From Octopus vulgaris (Eukaryota), in assembly GCA_951406725.2 (NCBI GenBank), contig OX597814.1, positions 7,998,001-8,062,000 on the forward strand: a DNA stretch of 64,000 bases. Reading direction: 5' to 3'. Every line of letters starts with the position of its first letter. Within the stretch, counting starts at the first letter, position 1. Positions 1 to 13,333 of the stretch are shown piece by piece. The notes beneath the pieces were generated by a model, which saw only the letters and a program-made list of their open reading frames with translations, did no database searches and was not told where the DNA came from. Position numbers and translations under genes: made by a program.

Positions 1-1165
1 CATCAAGCCCACACATTTCCTTGGATGTCACAGCCCATGTTTCACTGCCATGTAGCATAGCTGTTCATACACTGACATCATACAATCTGCCTTTCACTGT
101 GAGGGAGAGGCCTTTTGTTGTGAGCAGGGATAGGAGTTCTCTGAACTTTGTCCATCCTAATGTTATTCTCAGAGTATCTATTTTTGCTACTAACTTGGTC
201 ACCTAGGTAACAGAAGCAATCTGCTACCTCTAGCTTACTTCCATGGCAATTGATGGAGTCTTTTCTGTACGTTTTCAGTGTTTATTATATCTGTGCATCT
301 TCCACATACAAAAGCTGTTTTACCTGTTAATCTTCCTCTGATATTGCTGCACCTTTTATGTGTCTAAAGGTTTGTGCTAGATTAACTCTTATGGCCCTTT
401 GATTCTAGATCTTGCTTCTATACCTGGAACTTCTGTAGTTCTGGTAGTGATTCAGCTATAAGAGCAAGGTCATCGGCATAGAGGAGTTACCAGGGACAGC
501 CTGTGTTTAATTCCTCTGATATTGCCTGGAGGACTATGAGGAACAAGAGAAAGCTTAGGATAAATCCTTGGTGGACCCCTACTTGTACCCTGAATTCTTC
601 ACCATACTCGTTGCCCACCTTCACCTTACTGGTAGCATCTCTGTACATGGTTTATACAACTCTCACCAACCACTCATCTATTCCTAGTTTCTGCATTGAC
701 CACCAGATAACAGATCGGGGGACTCTGTCAAAGGCTTTCTCCAAGTCAACAAAAACCAAGTACAGAGGTATTTGGCTAGGTATTCCTCCTGCAGTTGCCT
801 TACCAGAAATATAGCATCTGTGGTGCTTCTGCCTGGCACAAAACCAAACTGCATCTCATCTAGACAAACTCTCTCCATGATTAGTTGGGTTATAACTCTC
901 TCCACAACTTTCATCACTTGATCAAGTAATTTGATACCTCTGTAATTATTTCTATCTAAAGCATCACTTCTAACTTAGTAGCAGTTGACTATGGTGCTGC
1001 TACAGCAGTCTTTGGGTATGACTCCTTCATGAACCACCTGATTTACAATATGGGTGACTTGACCATAACCTACACCACCAGATGTTTGAAGCATCTCTGC
1101 AGTGATTCCTGAAGGGCTGGGGGGCTTTCCCTGTCTTCATGTCTTTAATTGCTTTATCTACCAAG
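1..1165 (-). mobile_element. RTE-clade LINE fragment (RT), degenerate
   Basis: Minus-strand translation ...LDEMQFGFVPGRSTTDAIFLVRQLQE, LLYADDL, LHGSETW; stops and frameshifts. Confidence 0.9.
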
Positions 1166-1819
1166 AGATATATGTTGATCAGATCCCTTTAAACAACCAA
1201 GTGGCAACATGTAAGCAGAAAATGTTTATAATATTTCCATTCTGTAAACTATACAACACAAGTAAACTTGAGAGAAAAGTCAGAGAAAAGAATTCTATTG
1301 ATAAATTCGAACCTGTTTTAAATGGACAGTTATAGTAATGGTGATAATTATAATGATGATGCTGATAATAATAATAAATAGTACTGCTGCAGCCACTGAC
1401 ACCACCACTACCACCTCTAACAACAACAAAAAAAAAAAAGGTGATGATTAGGATGGTAGTAGCACTGAGCATATGACCATAGACTAAATTGAAATGTAAA
1501 TATTTCTGGAATAATAACAAAAGAATTCAATGAAAACAAGAATGTTGTTTACAACATTCCAAAATATAGCCAAACAATTATTCCTTTAGGTGCAGTCAAA
1601 GTAAAGAATCTTTGATGTGCCCACCAAGCTGTGACATCTAAGCCACATACTGATTGGTCAAAATACTATTAGAATGTAGTTGGTGCACCCACCAAACCGT
1701 GACATTGAAGCCACATGCTGATTGGTCATAATACAGCTCATAAGATTCAACCTGCTGCAGCCTTTTGCTGGGTATTTAAGAGATAAATCTAAGCATTTCA
1801 CTAGAGATGTCAATTGTGG

Positions 1820-3215
1820 AACATGCCTTAGACACAAATAATTACAGAGGCATCGGATTGCTGGATCAAATGGTGAAAGTCACAGAAAGTGTCACACCTC
1901 AATTAATCAGGAAGAGAGTTAGCATAGATGAAATACAGTTTGGATTTGTGCCAGGAAAGAGCACGACTGATGCCATATTCCTGGTTAGGCAACTGCAGGA
2001 GAAGTATTTAGTCAAAATGAAACCTCTGTACCTGGATTTTGTCGACAGAGTCTCCTGCTTCCTTATCTGGTGGTCAATGAGGGAGTTCAGGGTGGATAAG
2101 TGGTTGGTGAGAGCTGTACAAGCCATGTACAGTGAAGTTGTCAGTAAGATAAAGGTTAGCAATGAATATAACAAGGAATTCAGACAACAAGTTGGAGTTC
2201 ATCAAGGATCAGTCCTCAGCCCCATCTTGTTCATCATAATCCTCCAGGCAATAACAGAAGAATTTAAGACAGGCTGCCCCTGGGAACTCCTCTATGCTGA
2301 TGACCTTGTTCTTATAGCTGAATCCCTACCAGAACTAGAGAAGAAACTTCAGGTGTGGAAACAAGGTCTAGAATCAAATTAACTTAGCAAAACTAAAGTC
2401 TTAGTAAGTAGGGGAGCAGACAAATTACAATTTTTTTCTGGTTGACAGCCCCGCTCTATTCATAGAAGAGGCATAGGTAGAAATTCCATAAGATGTACAG
2501 AGTGTAAGCTATGGACTCATAAAAGGTGCAGCAATATCAGAGAATGATTAAAACAGAGAAAATATCTTTTGTGTGTGAAAAGTGGAAAAGTACAATAAAC
2601 ACTAAAAATATACAGAAAATAGACTCCATCACATGCCAGTGGGGGAAGCTAGAAGAAGTTGATAACTTCCGTTACCTAGGTGACCAAGTCAGTAGCGGAG
2701 TTGGATGCTCTGAGAGCATAGTTGTGAGAATAAGAGTAGGCTGAGCAAAGTTCAGAGAGCTCCTACATCTGCTGACAACAAAGGGCCTCTCTCTCTCTCT
2801 CAGAGTGAAAGGCAGATTGATGCCTGTGTGCAAACAGCTGTGCTGCATGGCAGTAAAACATGGGCTGTGACAGCTGAGGACATGTGTAGGCTTGAAAGAA
2901 ATGAAGCCAGTATGCTTTGCTGGATGTACAATGTCAGTGTGCACACAATAACAGAGTGTAAGTATCTTGGGAAAAGTTGGGCATAAGAGGAATCAGATGT
3001 GGTGTACAAGAGAGACGACTGTGCTGGTATGGTCATGTGATGCGTTTGGACAAGAACAGCTGTGTAAAGAAGTGGCAAACTCTAACTGTGGAGGGAACCT
3101 GTGGTAGAGGGAGACCCCCAACAAGACATAAGATGAGGTGGTGAAGCATGATCTTCGAACTTTGGGCCTCACAGAGGTAATGACTAACGACCGAGACCTT
3201 TGGTCTTCCTCTGTC
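1820..3215 (+). mobile_element. RTE-clade LINE, 5'-truncated (RT plus C-terminus)
   Basis: ORF 1807-2382 QFGFVPGKSTTDAIF...GVHQGSVLSP...LLYADDLVL; downstream FRYLGDQV and WYGHVM. Confidence 0.92.
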
Positions 3216-3331
3216 CTCTCTGTGTGAGAAAGGATTCTAAACAGCAATCAATGTGGAGAGTGACTGTCCAGCTCAGGACAATAGGAAGGGTGGGTAGATG
3301 ATGATGATGATGTTGATTATAATATACTTAC

Positions 3332-3509
3332 CGTTTTTACCACAATAGCTACGGTTGAATCCTGATTTATTTATTCCCTCAATAGATCCTTCAGCAGTAC
3401 CATGCCAAAGGCCATCAACTTCATTTGTAATGTTTGGATTTTCTACCTCAAATTTTCTTTTCAATGCTTGGTATCCGTGGTATAATGTTTTATTTTGAAT
3501 TCTCTCAAT
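3332..3509 (-). CDS. PARP14: Macro-PARP exon: ART domain with catalytic His (HGT)
   Basis: ccttttctacag / gtaagt; 178 nt, phase 0->1; IERIQNKTLYHGY...LWHGT...INKSGFNRSYCGKN; remaining catalytic exon(s) lie left of the window. Confidence 0.95.
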
Positions 3510-3624
3510 CTGTAGAAAAGGAAAATACATTTATGATAAAACAATTAATCCACTTCTTTGACAAGGAAATAACGTTTGTGGTAAAATCCACCAACCCAAT
3601 CTGCTTTTGATTTTATTTGATACC

Positions 3625-4115
3625 AAATGTAGTGTAGTGGCTAGAATAAAAATGGGTTGGCCAAAGCTCAGAGCTAAACCTAATATTTCAAACTTTGTTT
3701 GTAACAAAGGGCCTCTCCCTCAGAATAAAGGCAGGTTGCATGATGCCTGTGTACAAATAGCTATGCGACATGGCAGTGAGACTTGGGCTGTGATGAAGTG
3801 GTGAGAAAGGATTTTCAGACGTTGGGCCTCACAGAGATGACAAGGAACCAAGACTTTGACAGTTTGCTGAGCTAAGTAAAATCATGGCCAACTATGCGTA
3901 CAGGCACATCTTCTACATCCCTTTCTCAGCTGCGAGATCCTAATCTTGCAGACGCATGTGTGCTGGTGCCATGTAAAGTGATTGTCATTAGAAAAGGCAT
4001 CTAACTATAGAAACAATGCCAAAACAGACAAATGGAGCCTGGACAGCCCTCAAGCTGGCTAACTCTTGTCAAACCAGCCAACCTATGCCAACAATGATGA
4101 TGATGATGATGATAA
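3625..4115 (+). mobile_element. RTE 3' fragment with (GAT)n tail
   Basis: HGSETWAV remnant, then the shared 3' tail ...ggcatc..tagaaac...aacc..tgcca and (GAT)n. Confidence 0.7.
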
Positions 4116-4193
4116 TAAGCCATCCAAAATAGGTCGATGTAATGAGATTTAAATCTTTTATACAAACAATAAATAGAAGTAGAAAATACAAAC

Positions 4194-4327
4194 TTTGATT
4201 ATACGATAGGAAGGCAAATTCTGACGGAAAGTGGCCTCGATGTCATCATATTCTGGTCCATTTTTGACTGGAACAATTTTAATTAATTCCCCATCTTCCA
4301 TTGGTGACCATGTATCTGGGATTGGTT
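4194..4327 (-). CDS. PARP14: Macro-PARP exon: start of ART (PARP catalytic) domain
   Basis: ttgaactttag / gtttgt; 134 nt, phase 1->0; PIPDTWSPMEDGELIKIVPVKNGPEYDDIEATFRQNLPSYRIIK (typical PxxW..EY..F). Confidence 0.92.
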
Positions 4328-4468
4328 CTAAAGTTCAAATTGAAATCAAATATTTCAGAATTAAAATAAAATTATGAACCCTTTCTGTTGAAAGTTTAAA
4401 AAAAAACAAAGCAGGAATATTTTGACTAATTTTTGGGTTTAGACAACAAATATTGAAATATAAAACAC

Positions 4469-4870
4469 AGCACTGTAGTCTAGTAATAGTTGTAGTGGGG
4501 GTGTTGGTGAGATAATGGTTGTGATGGTGGTGGTGCTAGTGGGTGTGGTGATGAACTCCTACCAAAGCAGACATTAGAGCACAATACATTACTTGCACCG
4601 ACATTAAACCATCCAACCCATTGCTGGCATGGAAAACGGACGCTAAACGATGATGATGATGATGATGAGCACTGTAGTCTAGTAATAGTAGTAGTGGGGG
4701 TGTTGGTGAGATAATGGTTGTGATGGTGGTGGTGCTGGTGGATGTGGTGATGAACTCCTACCAAAGCAGACATTAGAGCACAATACATTACTTGCACCGA
4801 CATTAAACCATCCAACCCATTGCTGGCATGGAAAACTGATGTTAAGGGATTATGATGATGATGATGATGG
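4469..4870 (+). repeat. Tandem duplication, 2 x 199 bp, each ending in an RTE/SINE tail and (GAT)n
   Basis: cactgtagtctagtaatag... starts at 4471 and 4670; near-identical units. Confidence 0.9.
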
Positions 4871-4939
4871 CATCAGATATATATATATATATGTATATAT
4901 ATGTATATATATGTATATATGTATATATATATGTATGTA

Positions 4940-7690
4940 AGATTAGATTAGTGCTCCATCAGGGGTTAGCAACCATTATCTCAGCCTATGCCCCTCAGCC
5001 AGGGCTACCCGATGGACAGAAAGACCGATTCTATGACACCCTCTTGCAGACTATCTCGTTGATGAACGACAGGACCTTCTCTTTGTAGCTGGTAACTTCA
5101 ATGGACATGTTGGACAACATGCCGGGGGCTTCCATGGTGTACATGGAGGCTACGGTGATGGTTCCCGCAATGAGGAGGGAACCAGGCTGCTGAAGTTCTG
5201 CAATGCGAATGATCTTATGGTTTGCAACACTAACTTCAGGAAACCCACCTCTCACCTGGTCACCTACCGCACTGGCAGACATACTAGCCAAATTGACTAC
5301 ATCCTTGTCAGGAAAAGGGAAAGATGGCTGTTTATAAATTCCAAAACCTTCCCAGGCAAAGAATGTACCCCACAACATAGACTGGTAGTTAGTGACTTCA
5401 GGATCAGGGCTAAGTGGATGCCCAGAAGATGACCAGCATAGAGGAGAAGGGTCTGGAAGCTTAAAGATCCTGTGAATGGACAGAGATTTAGAGACATATT
5501 ACTCGAAGCCTTTGACGAAATAGAAGGGGATATAGCTTCACACGATGTAGAAGATAACTGGAGGTTTCTAAAGGACAACCTGCTGAGAGCCACTGACCAG
5601 ATCTGTGGATGGTGCAAAGTCCCCTCAAGACCCAAAATAACGTGGTGGTTGAACAATGTTGTTGACAGGGCTATTAGAGAAAAGAAACAGGCTTGGAAGG
5701 ACTGGAAGAACAGTGGTAGCAGGGAAGTGTATCAGACTGCCAGAATGGAAGCTAGGATGCAGGTTTATTTAGCCAGAGGGGAAGCAGATAAGAAAAAATT
5801 TGCCAATGTTCTGTGCCGTGAGGACGAAAGACTCAAGGTATTTCGTGTTGCAAGACAGTGTGTGAGAGAGAATTGTGATGTTGTAGGAGAGAAATGTGTT
5901 CGCATGAATGATGGTTCACTTGCACTAAATGAGGATGCAAAGAGAGAGGTTTGGAGATGCCACTATGAAAGGTTGCTGAATAAAGAGAATGAATGGGATA
6001 AAGAGAGTCTGATGAATGTTGACCCAAAAGAGGGAGCAGTTATCTGTGTTGACAGTTCCTTGGTAGATAAGGCAATTAGAAGCATGAAGACAGGGAAAGC
6101 CCCAGGCCAATCAGGAATCACTGCTGAGATGCTCAAAATATCTGGCAGTGTCGGCTATAGCCTAGTCACCCGTATAGTTAACCAGGTGATACATGAAGGA
6201 GTCATACCCAATGATTGGTGTAGCAGCATAATAGTCAACTGCTACACAGCTAAAGGTAACGCCCTAGATACAAATAATTACGGAGGTATCAAGCTGTTGG
6301 ATCAGGTAATGAAGGTCACGGAGAGGGTCACAGCCCAACTGATTAGGGAGAGAGTCAGTTTAGATGAGATGCAGTTTGGTTTCATGCCAGGGAAAAGCAC
6401 CACTGACGCTATATTTCTGGTAAGACAGTTGCAGGAGAAATACCTAGCCAAAGATAAGCCCCTGTACCTGGCTTTCATTGATATGGAAAAACCCTTTGAC
6501 AGGGTCCCCTGACCACTTATCTGATGGTCATTGAGGAAACTAGAGATAGATGAATGGTTAGTGAGAGCCGTGCAAGCCATGTACAGGGATGCTGTCAGTA
6601 AGGTGAGGGTTGGCAACAAATACAGTGAAGAATTCCAGGTGGAGGTAGGGGTCTACCAAGGTTCAGTCCTTAGCCCATTCTTATTCACGATAGTCCTCCA
6701 GGTAATAACTGAGGAATTCAAGACAGGATGCCTCCGGGACTTCTCTATGCTGATGACCTTGTTCTAATAGCTGAGTCACGATCGGAACTAGAGGAAAAGT
6801 TTCAGGTGTGAAAGTAAGGTCTAGAATCAAAGGGCCTTAGAGTCAATCTAGCAAAAACCAAAGCCTTAGTAAGTAAGAAGGCAGACAAATCACAAATCCC
6901 TTCAGGTTGATGGCCCTGCTCAATCTGTAGTAGAGGCGTAGGTAGAAACTGTATAAGTTGTACCCAGCGTAAGCTATTGACACATATGAGGTACTGCAAT
7001 ATCAAAGGAAGGCTAACTAGGAAGATAGATTTTGTGTGTGGCAGATGCTCAGGGGCAATAAACACCGAAAATATCCAGAAAGCAGCTTCAATTACATGCC
7101 AGGGAGAAAAACTAGATGTAGTTGATAGCTTCCGTTACCTAGGTGACCAAGTCTGTAGTGGGGGTTGATGCTCTGAGAGCATAGCTGCTAGAGTAAGGAT
7201 AGCCTGGGCAAAGTTCAGACAGCTTCTACCTCTGCTGGTGACAAAGGGCCTTTCACTCAGAGTTAAAGGTAGACTGTATGATGTATGCTACATGGCAGTG
7301 AAACATGAGCTGTGACTGCTGAGGACATGTGTAGCCTTGAAAGAAATGAAGCTAGCATGATCCACTGGATGTGTAATGTCAGTGTGCACATATAACAGTG
7401 TGTAAGTGCCCCGAGAGAAAAGTTGGACATAAGAAGCATCTGGGCCTCATGGAGACAATGACATGCGACCGAACCCTTTGGAGATATTCTGTGCTTTAGA
7501 AGATCTTTAAAAAAAGTGAGCCTATACAGTGTTGCATAACGGGCCCCTTTAAGAGTACCACTTCAATCATTGGGCAATATACTGTGCTTGAGAAGACCTG
7601 TTGAGTCAATTGAAATCATTATCATGGCTGATGCTAGTACCACCTGACTGGTACCCATGCTGGTGGTACATAAAAAGCACATTTCGAGTG
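4940..7690 (+). mobile_element. RTE-clade LINE, long copy (APE endonuclease plus RT), pseudogenised
   Basis: IISAYAPQ, GNFNGHVG, SQIDYILV (APE); ORF 5472-6512 GKAPG...QFGFMPGKSTTDAIF; YADD region ~6750; internal stops. Confidence 0.95.
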
Positions 7691-7789
7691 TGTAATCGAC
7701 TAAATCCCTTTGTCTGTCCTTGTTTGTCTCCTCTGTGTGTAGCCCCCAGTAGGCAATAAAGAAATAAATCTACTTCACAGAAAACATCC

Positions 7790-9720
7790 ATCACTGTAGC
7801 TCTCTTTTCCCCCACCTCTCCTCTCTCCTTCCTCTGTAGCTCTCTTCTCACTTCCCTCTGTAGCTTGTTGCTCCCTTCTCCCTCTCTTTGTAGTTCTCTT
7901 CTCTCCTCCCTTTGTAGCCTTCTTCTGACCCTGTTCTCTCCTCTTGCTGTAGCTTCCTTCTGACCTTCTTTCTGTTGCCCTCATCTTCCCTCGCTCTGTA
8001 GCTCTCTTTTTGTAGTTTTCTTCTCCTCCTCCTCCTCCTACTGAAACTCCCTTCTATCCCTATCTCTGTAGCTTTCTTCGTACCCTTTGTAGCATTTTTT
8101 GACGTTCTTTCTGTTGCTCCCATCTCCCCCACACTCTGTAGCTCTCTTCTCCTCCCTCTCTAACTTTCTTCTAACCCTCTTTCTGTTACTCTCATTTCCC
8201 CCACTTTCTATTGTTCTCCTCTCCCCACTCTCTGCATCTTTCTTCACCCCCTCTTTTTGTAGCTTCCTTCTGATCCTCTTTCTGCTATTATCTTCTCCTC
8301 ATCTCAATTTAACTCTTTCTCCCCTCTCTCTGTAGTATTCTTCTGACCCTCTTTTTGCAGCTCTCTTCTGCCTCTTTCTCTCTGTAGCATGCTTCTCCCT
8401 TCTCTCTCTAGTTCTCTTTTCCCCTGTCTCAGTAGCTCTCTTCTCCCCTTTACTGTAGCTTTCAGTTGCTCTCTTTTCTCCTCTCTCTCCCTCTGTAGCT
8501 CTCTTCTCTACTATTTTGTTGCTCTCTTCTTGCATCTCTCTGTTTAGCTCTCTCCGTGGACATTCTTCTGATCCTCTCTCTGTATCTCTCTTCTCCCCCC
8601 GTCTCTCTCTCTGTAGCTCTTTTCTCCTCTCTGTACCTTTCTTATGATCCTCTTTCTGTTTTAATATTCTCTCCATCTCTTTGTAGCTCTCTTCTCCCTC
8701 TCTCTCTATAGGCCTCTTTACATCTCTCTCTCTCTCTCTGTAGCTTTCTTCTGACCCTCTTTGTTGCACTCTTCTCTGCCTCTCTGTTTCCTCTTCTCCC
8801 TCTCTCTGTAGTTCTCTTCTCCCCTGTCTCAGTATCTCTCTTCTTCCCCCTCTCTGTAGCTCTTTCCCCTCCCTCTGTAACTCCCTTCTTCCCTCTCTCT
8901 GTAGCATTCTACTGACCTTCTTTCTGTTGTTCTCTTCTTTCCAACTCATTGTAGCTCTCTTCTTCTCTCTCTGTAGTTCTATTCTCCCATCTCTCTGAAG
9001 CTCTCCTCTTCCCTCTCTTCTTTTCTCTATAGCTTTCTCCTAACACTTCATCAGTAACTCTCTTCTGACCTTTCTGCTGTTATCTCCTCTCCCACTCTCA
9101 GTAGCTCCCTTCTCACACCTCTCTCTGTAGCTTTCTACTGACCCTCTTTCTTCTGCTCTTTTCTCCCCCACTCTCACTAGCTCTTCTCTCCCTTCTCTCT
9201 CTAGGTCTCTTCCCCTCACCTTTTTGTAGCTCTCTTCTTCCTTCGCTGTATAGCTTTCTTCTGCTCCTCTTTGTTGTCCTCTTCTCCCCTCTCTATGTAG
9301 CTCTTTGTAGCTTATGACCCTCTTCGTTCCAACCCTCTTTTTCTCTCTTCTCCCCTCTCAATGTAGCTCCCTCCTGACCCTTTTTCTGTTGCTCTCTTAT
9401 TGCCCACTCTCTTTTGCTCACTTCTTCCCACTCTCTGTCCTCTCTCTCTCTCTCTCTCTCTAGCTCCTTTATCCCTTCTCTCAGTTGCTCTCCCCCCCTC
9501 TCTCTTTGTAGCTTCTTTCTGACCCTCTCTTCATTCCCACCCTCTTTCTCTCTCTTTTCCCCTCTCACTGTAGCTTCCTCCTGACCCTCTTTCTGTTGCT
9601 CTCTTCTTGCCCACTCTCTATCTCTCTCTCTCTGTAGCTCTTTTCTAGCTTATCTCTTAGGGAAGCATTCTTGTATCCCTCTATCTCTAGCAGTTCTCCT
9701 CTCACCCTCTCTTTGTTGCC
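7790..9720. repeat. ~1.9 kb polypyrimidine (CT-rich) degenerate minisatellite
   Basis: Recurring tctctctgtagctctcttctcc motif; + strand almost entirely C/T; internal duplication ~9310-9450 vs ~9510-9630. Confidence 0.9.
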
Positions 9721-9971
9721 CTTTTGTTACTGATAAAAAAAAATAAATAAAAAATAAACGAGAATGTCTTTGAAGTAAAAATAAAGGGCAGATTTTCAAT
9801 CCTCAGATCATTCTGATTCCAAAAAGGTATAATATTTGTATGTTGAGCATTTGTAGACTGAAGTACAGAGGTCCCAGACGGACAGACAGAATTTCACTTT
9901 TATTATAATAGATAAAAAAAAAAAACAAGAAAATAAACGAGAATGTCTTTATAGTAAAAATATGCACGTAC

Positions 9972-10341
9972 CTTCCTTTAGAATTTGTTTTCTCTTTATT
10001 TTAAATTCCCTCCCTCCGAGTCGAAAACTCATTTTCTGAAAATCATATTTTATTTTGTTCCAATCAAGGAATTTCTTTTTCTGTAAGTATGCTCTCTCAA
10101 GCTTGGCATTTTTTTTGTCACTAAACATTCTTAGGTTTTCTGGAAAATTTTCATCAAAGTAAGACCATTGTACCATTTCCTTAATAAGAGTTTCCTCTTC
10201 AGTTTCTTTGAATTCCATTAATAATGATTGGACAGAGAGTTTAGCATCTTTTACATGAGATTGTCTGCCATAAATTGTAATTGTGTCACTGACAGAAATC
10301 TGGATTTTATGTGTTCTACTAATATCCCTTAAACTCAGCTT
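9972..10341 (-). CDS. PARP14: Macro-PARP exon: KH-like plus WWE domain
   Basis: atcttttcag / gtacgt; 370 nt, phase 0->1; ITIYGRQSHVKDAK and VQWSYFD...NAKLERAY...YDFQKM as in the PARP14 KH-WWE region. Confidence 0.9.
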
Positions 10342-11389
10342 CTGAAAAGATAAAAAGAACAAAAAAACAAATTAATTCTAGAGATGATACAGATCATTGT
10401 CATCGTTGTCATCATTATTTAAAGTTTGTTTTTTATGCTAGCATAGAGTGGAGAGTTTGACAGGCTCTTGCAAGCCACAAGGCTATGGTGATCTCCAATC
10501 GTCTGTTGTGGCATGGTGTCTATGGCTGGATGCCGTTCCTAATACCCACCACTTTACAGAGAAAGGCACTGGGTACTTTTTCTTTCTTGACCCACCAGCA
10601 CAAGTGAGGTTGTCAAGTAACTTGCAAGGTAGAAAGAGAGAAGAATGAAGAAAGGAAAAACTCCTGATATGAAGTGAGGGACGTGGGCGGGGGAGGTGAG
10701 TATTGGAGGGGAGAAGGAAGTGGGTTTATGCTAAAGCTTAAAGTATGACTGGGGGAGAAGCATTGATGTCTTGCTACAGAGGGGGGGGGGAAATACATAG
10801 CTACCACACATTATCTAGGGGTGGCTGGGGGTAGTTGGAAGGAGATGATAGTGATGCAGTGATAGAGCAGACTCTTAGGGGACAGGAAGATGAGTATGAG
10901 AGAGGAGGGAGAGGTTCAGGGAAGGAAGGGGTTCTTGTATATGTGAGGGGAGAGTGACTGGTGGTTAGAAATGTGGGGTGGGTAGGAAAGAGAAGGTTCA
11001 GTTGATGTTTGTTTGGCAGAGGGGAGGGTTAGGTGAAAGACAGACCAAAAGATCGATGGGCGGAGGGCAGTGGTGTGCAATGTTTAGGAATGGAAAATAG
11101 GAAGATGTAGCAGTATCTACAGGGTGGCTAGAGTGAGTGGGGTGTGATGGCATAAATAAGAGTGTGCTGAGGGTGAAAGCAGATAGGTGAGATGTCTTAA
11201 TGAAATGGAATGGAATGTGGCAAAGGAGAGAGATAACTAAAGGCAAAGAAAAGTGATTGGTGAAGTAGCATGGGAGGAGGAGGAGTAATATGTGGAGTGA
11301 TGGAGGGCTGGGTGTTGGGAGAATGCTTGATGGGGCAGGATGGGTTACAATCATAACAAGAATACTTTCTAGACATCATTTTTGCTGTG

Positions 11390-11817
11390 TTGGATGATGA
11401 GTCTTTTCAAACACAGTGAATCACTTGTCATCTGAGTTCTTTATCATCTCCTCTGTGAGGCTCAACATCTTGAGATCAGCCTTCACTATTTCCTCTCATG
11501 TCCTCCTGGGCCTCCCTTTTTCATAAATTCCACCCACTTTGAGTGACTAGCACTTGTTCGTGCAGCTGTCCCCCTCCATAAGCATCACATGACCAAACTA
11601 ACACAATAATCTCTTCTACACATCACATTTGATTCTTCTGGCACTTAACTTTTCTTTCAAGACTATAGCACTTTGTTGTATATGCACCTGGTGTTGTACA
11701 TCCTCCAGAACATGCTAGTTTCAGTTCTCTTTGATTTTCACATCACCGTTTGTAGGCCACATCTCACTATTTTGTTGTATTGTTTTTCATACACATGCAT
11801 CATACAACCTGCCTTTT

Positions 11818-11869
<52 letters not shown>

Positions 11870-12960
11870 AGTAAAGAGTTCTTTCATAGCCAACAGAGGT
11901 AATAACTCCCTGAATTTTCTCCATCCAGTTCTTATTCTAGCAACTATACTTTCAGTACATCATTTCTTCTAAGGAGTTCCCAAGGTATTTGAGAAAATCT
12001 ATTTCCTATTGTCTCCTTAGTATCTTCCACATACAATCACTTCTTCCTCTTTTAGCTTTCCTGTGATTCCACTGCACTACTTATGCATCCATAGTTTGCA
12101 CTGGGTACTCAGAACAGAATTCCTGCCTACACATTTCCCATACGTCAAGTGAGACTTGTGGGCAGTGGAGTCTTGTCTGCTTTCCTGCTTTCTATAGAAC
12201 TTTGGTCTTGGCTAAATTAATCTTAAGCAACTTCATTTCTAAAGTTTTCTTCCACACCTGGAATCTCTTTTCTAATTCTACAATAGATTCTGCCTTGAGA
12301 ATGATGTCATCAGCATAGACTAGCTCCCAAGGGCACCCAGTTTAAATTCTTCTGCTATGTTATGAAGAGTAATGATGGATAAGAGAGGGCTGATAACCGA
12401 GTCCTGTTGCACTCCTACCTGTAACCTAAATTCATTACTGTACTCATGGACAACGCTCACCTTATTGATTGCACCCCTGTATATGGCTTGTAGGTCTCTC
12501 ACAAGCCATTAATCAACTTCTAGCTTCCTCAGAGTCTACCTCATCATACAACAGAGAACCAGTGAAAGGCTTTCTCCAGGTCAACAAATACCAAGTACCA
12601 TTCACTGAATATGACATCTCGTATAGTCTGATTCACAGCATTAGGTCATAGCTGACTCCACCGGATACTTTCAGCATCCCAACAGTAATTCGTGATGGAT
12701 CAAGGACTTTCTCTATTTTCATACCCTTTTAAGCTGTGTCTGTCATACTGCTGTCAACTTGGGTGGCTGGTCCCTCTGTTGGGTCCATATTGGGAAAATT
12801 CTCTTTCTCCCAGTCATTCTCTACATTTCATAGCAGCACTGGCATCATACCTCTTTATTCTTTTCAGGATCATTAAGTGCAAGCATACCACTAACCATCT
12901 GCACAATATTTTGATTTCCTATGATACTCTCTCTTGAAGTTCAGAATATCTCACATCTCT
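11390..12960 (-). mobile_element. Old, diverged RTE LINE with (GA)n expansion at 11821-11862
   Basis: Minus-strand LQVGVQQDSVISPLL, VYADDII; heavily mutated. Confidence 0.8.
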
Positions 12961-13286
12961 GATTTCCATACTGTACAACATTGGACAGCAGTCAAGTTAT
13001 GAAATATTATCTTCTTAATTATTTGAATTATTCTAAATCATTCTAAATTCTAAATCATCTGAAATATTATTTTTTAAATTAGCCAAACAATTTCTTCTTC
13101 AGATTCTCTTAAAATGTATTTTCTGGTCAAAAACACAGATCCATGCTATTTACTTTCGTGTTTTTGTTTTTACGTAGTCTCCCTTGTCACTGAGAGAGGA
13201 GAGGCAAGATACAAATAGAGCCTAACTTATGCAAGCATAGAAAAGTGGATGTCAGAATGATGAAGTTAATGATAATAAATACATAT

Positions 13287-13329
<43 letters not shown>

Positions 13330-13333
<4 letters not shown>

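Noticed and set aside
7606-9568. Glu/Arg-rich ORFs on the minus strand
   Set aside because: Artefact of the GA-rich low-complexity tract; no splice or domain support
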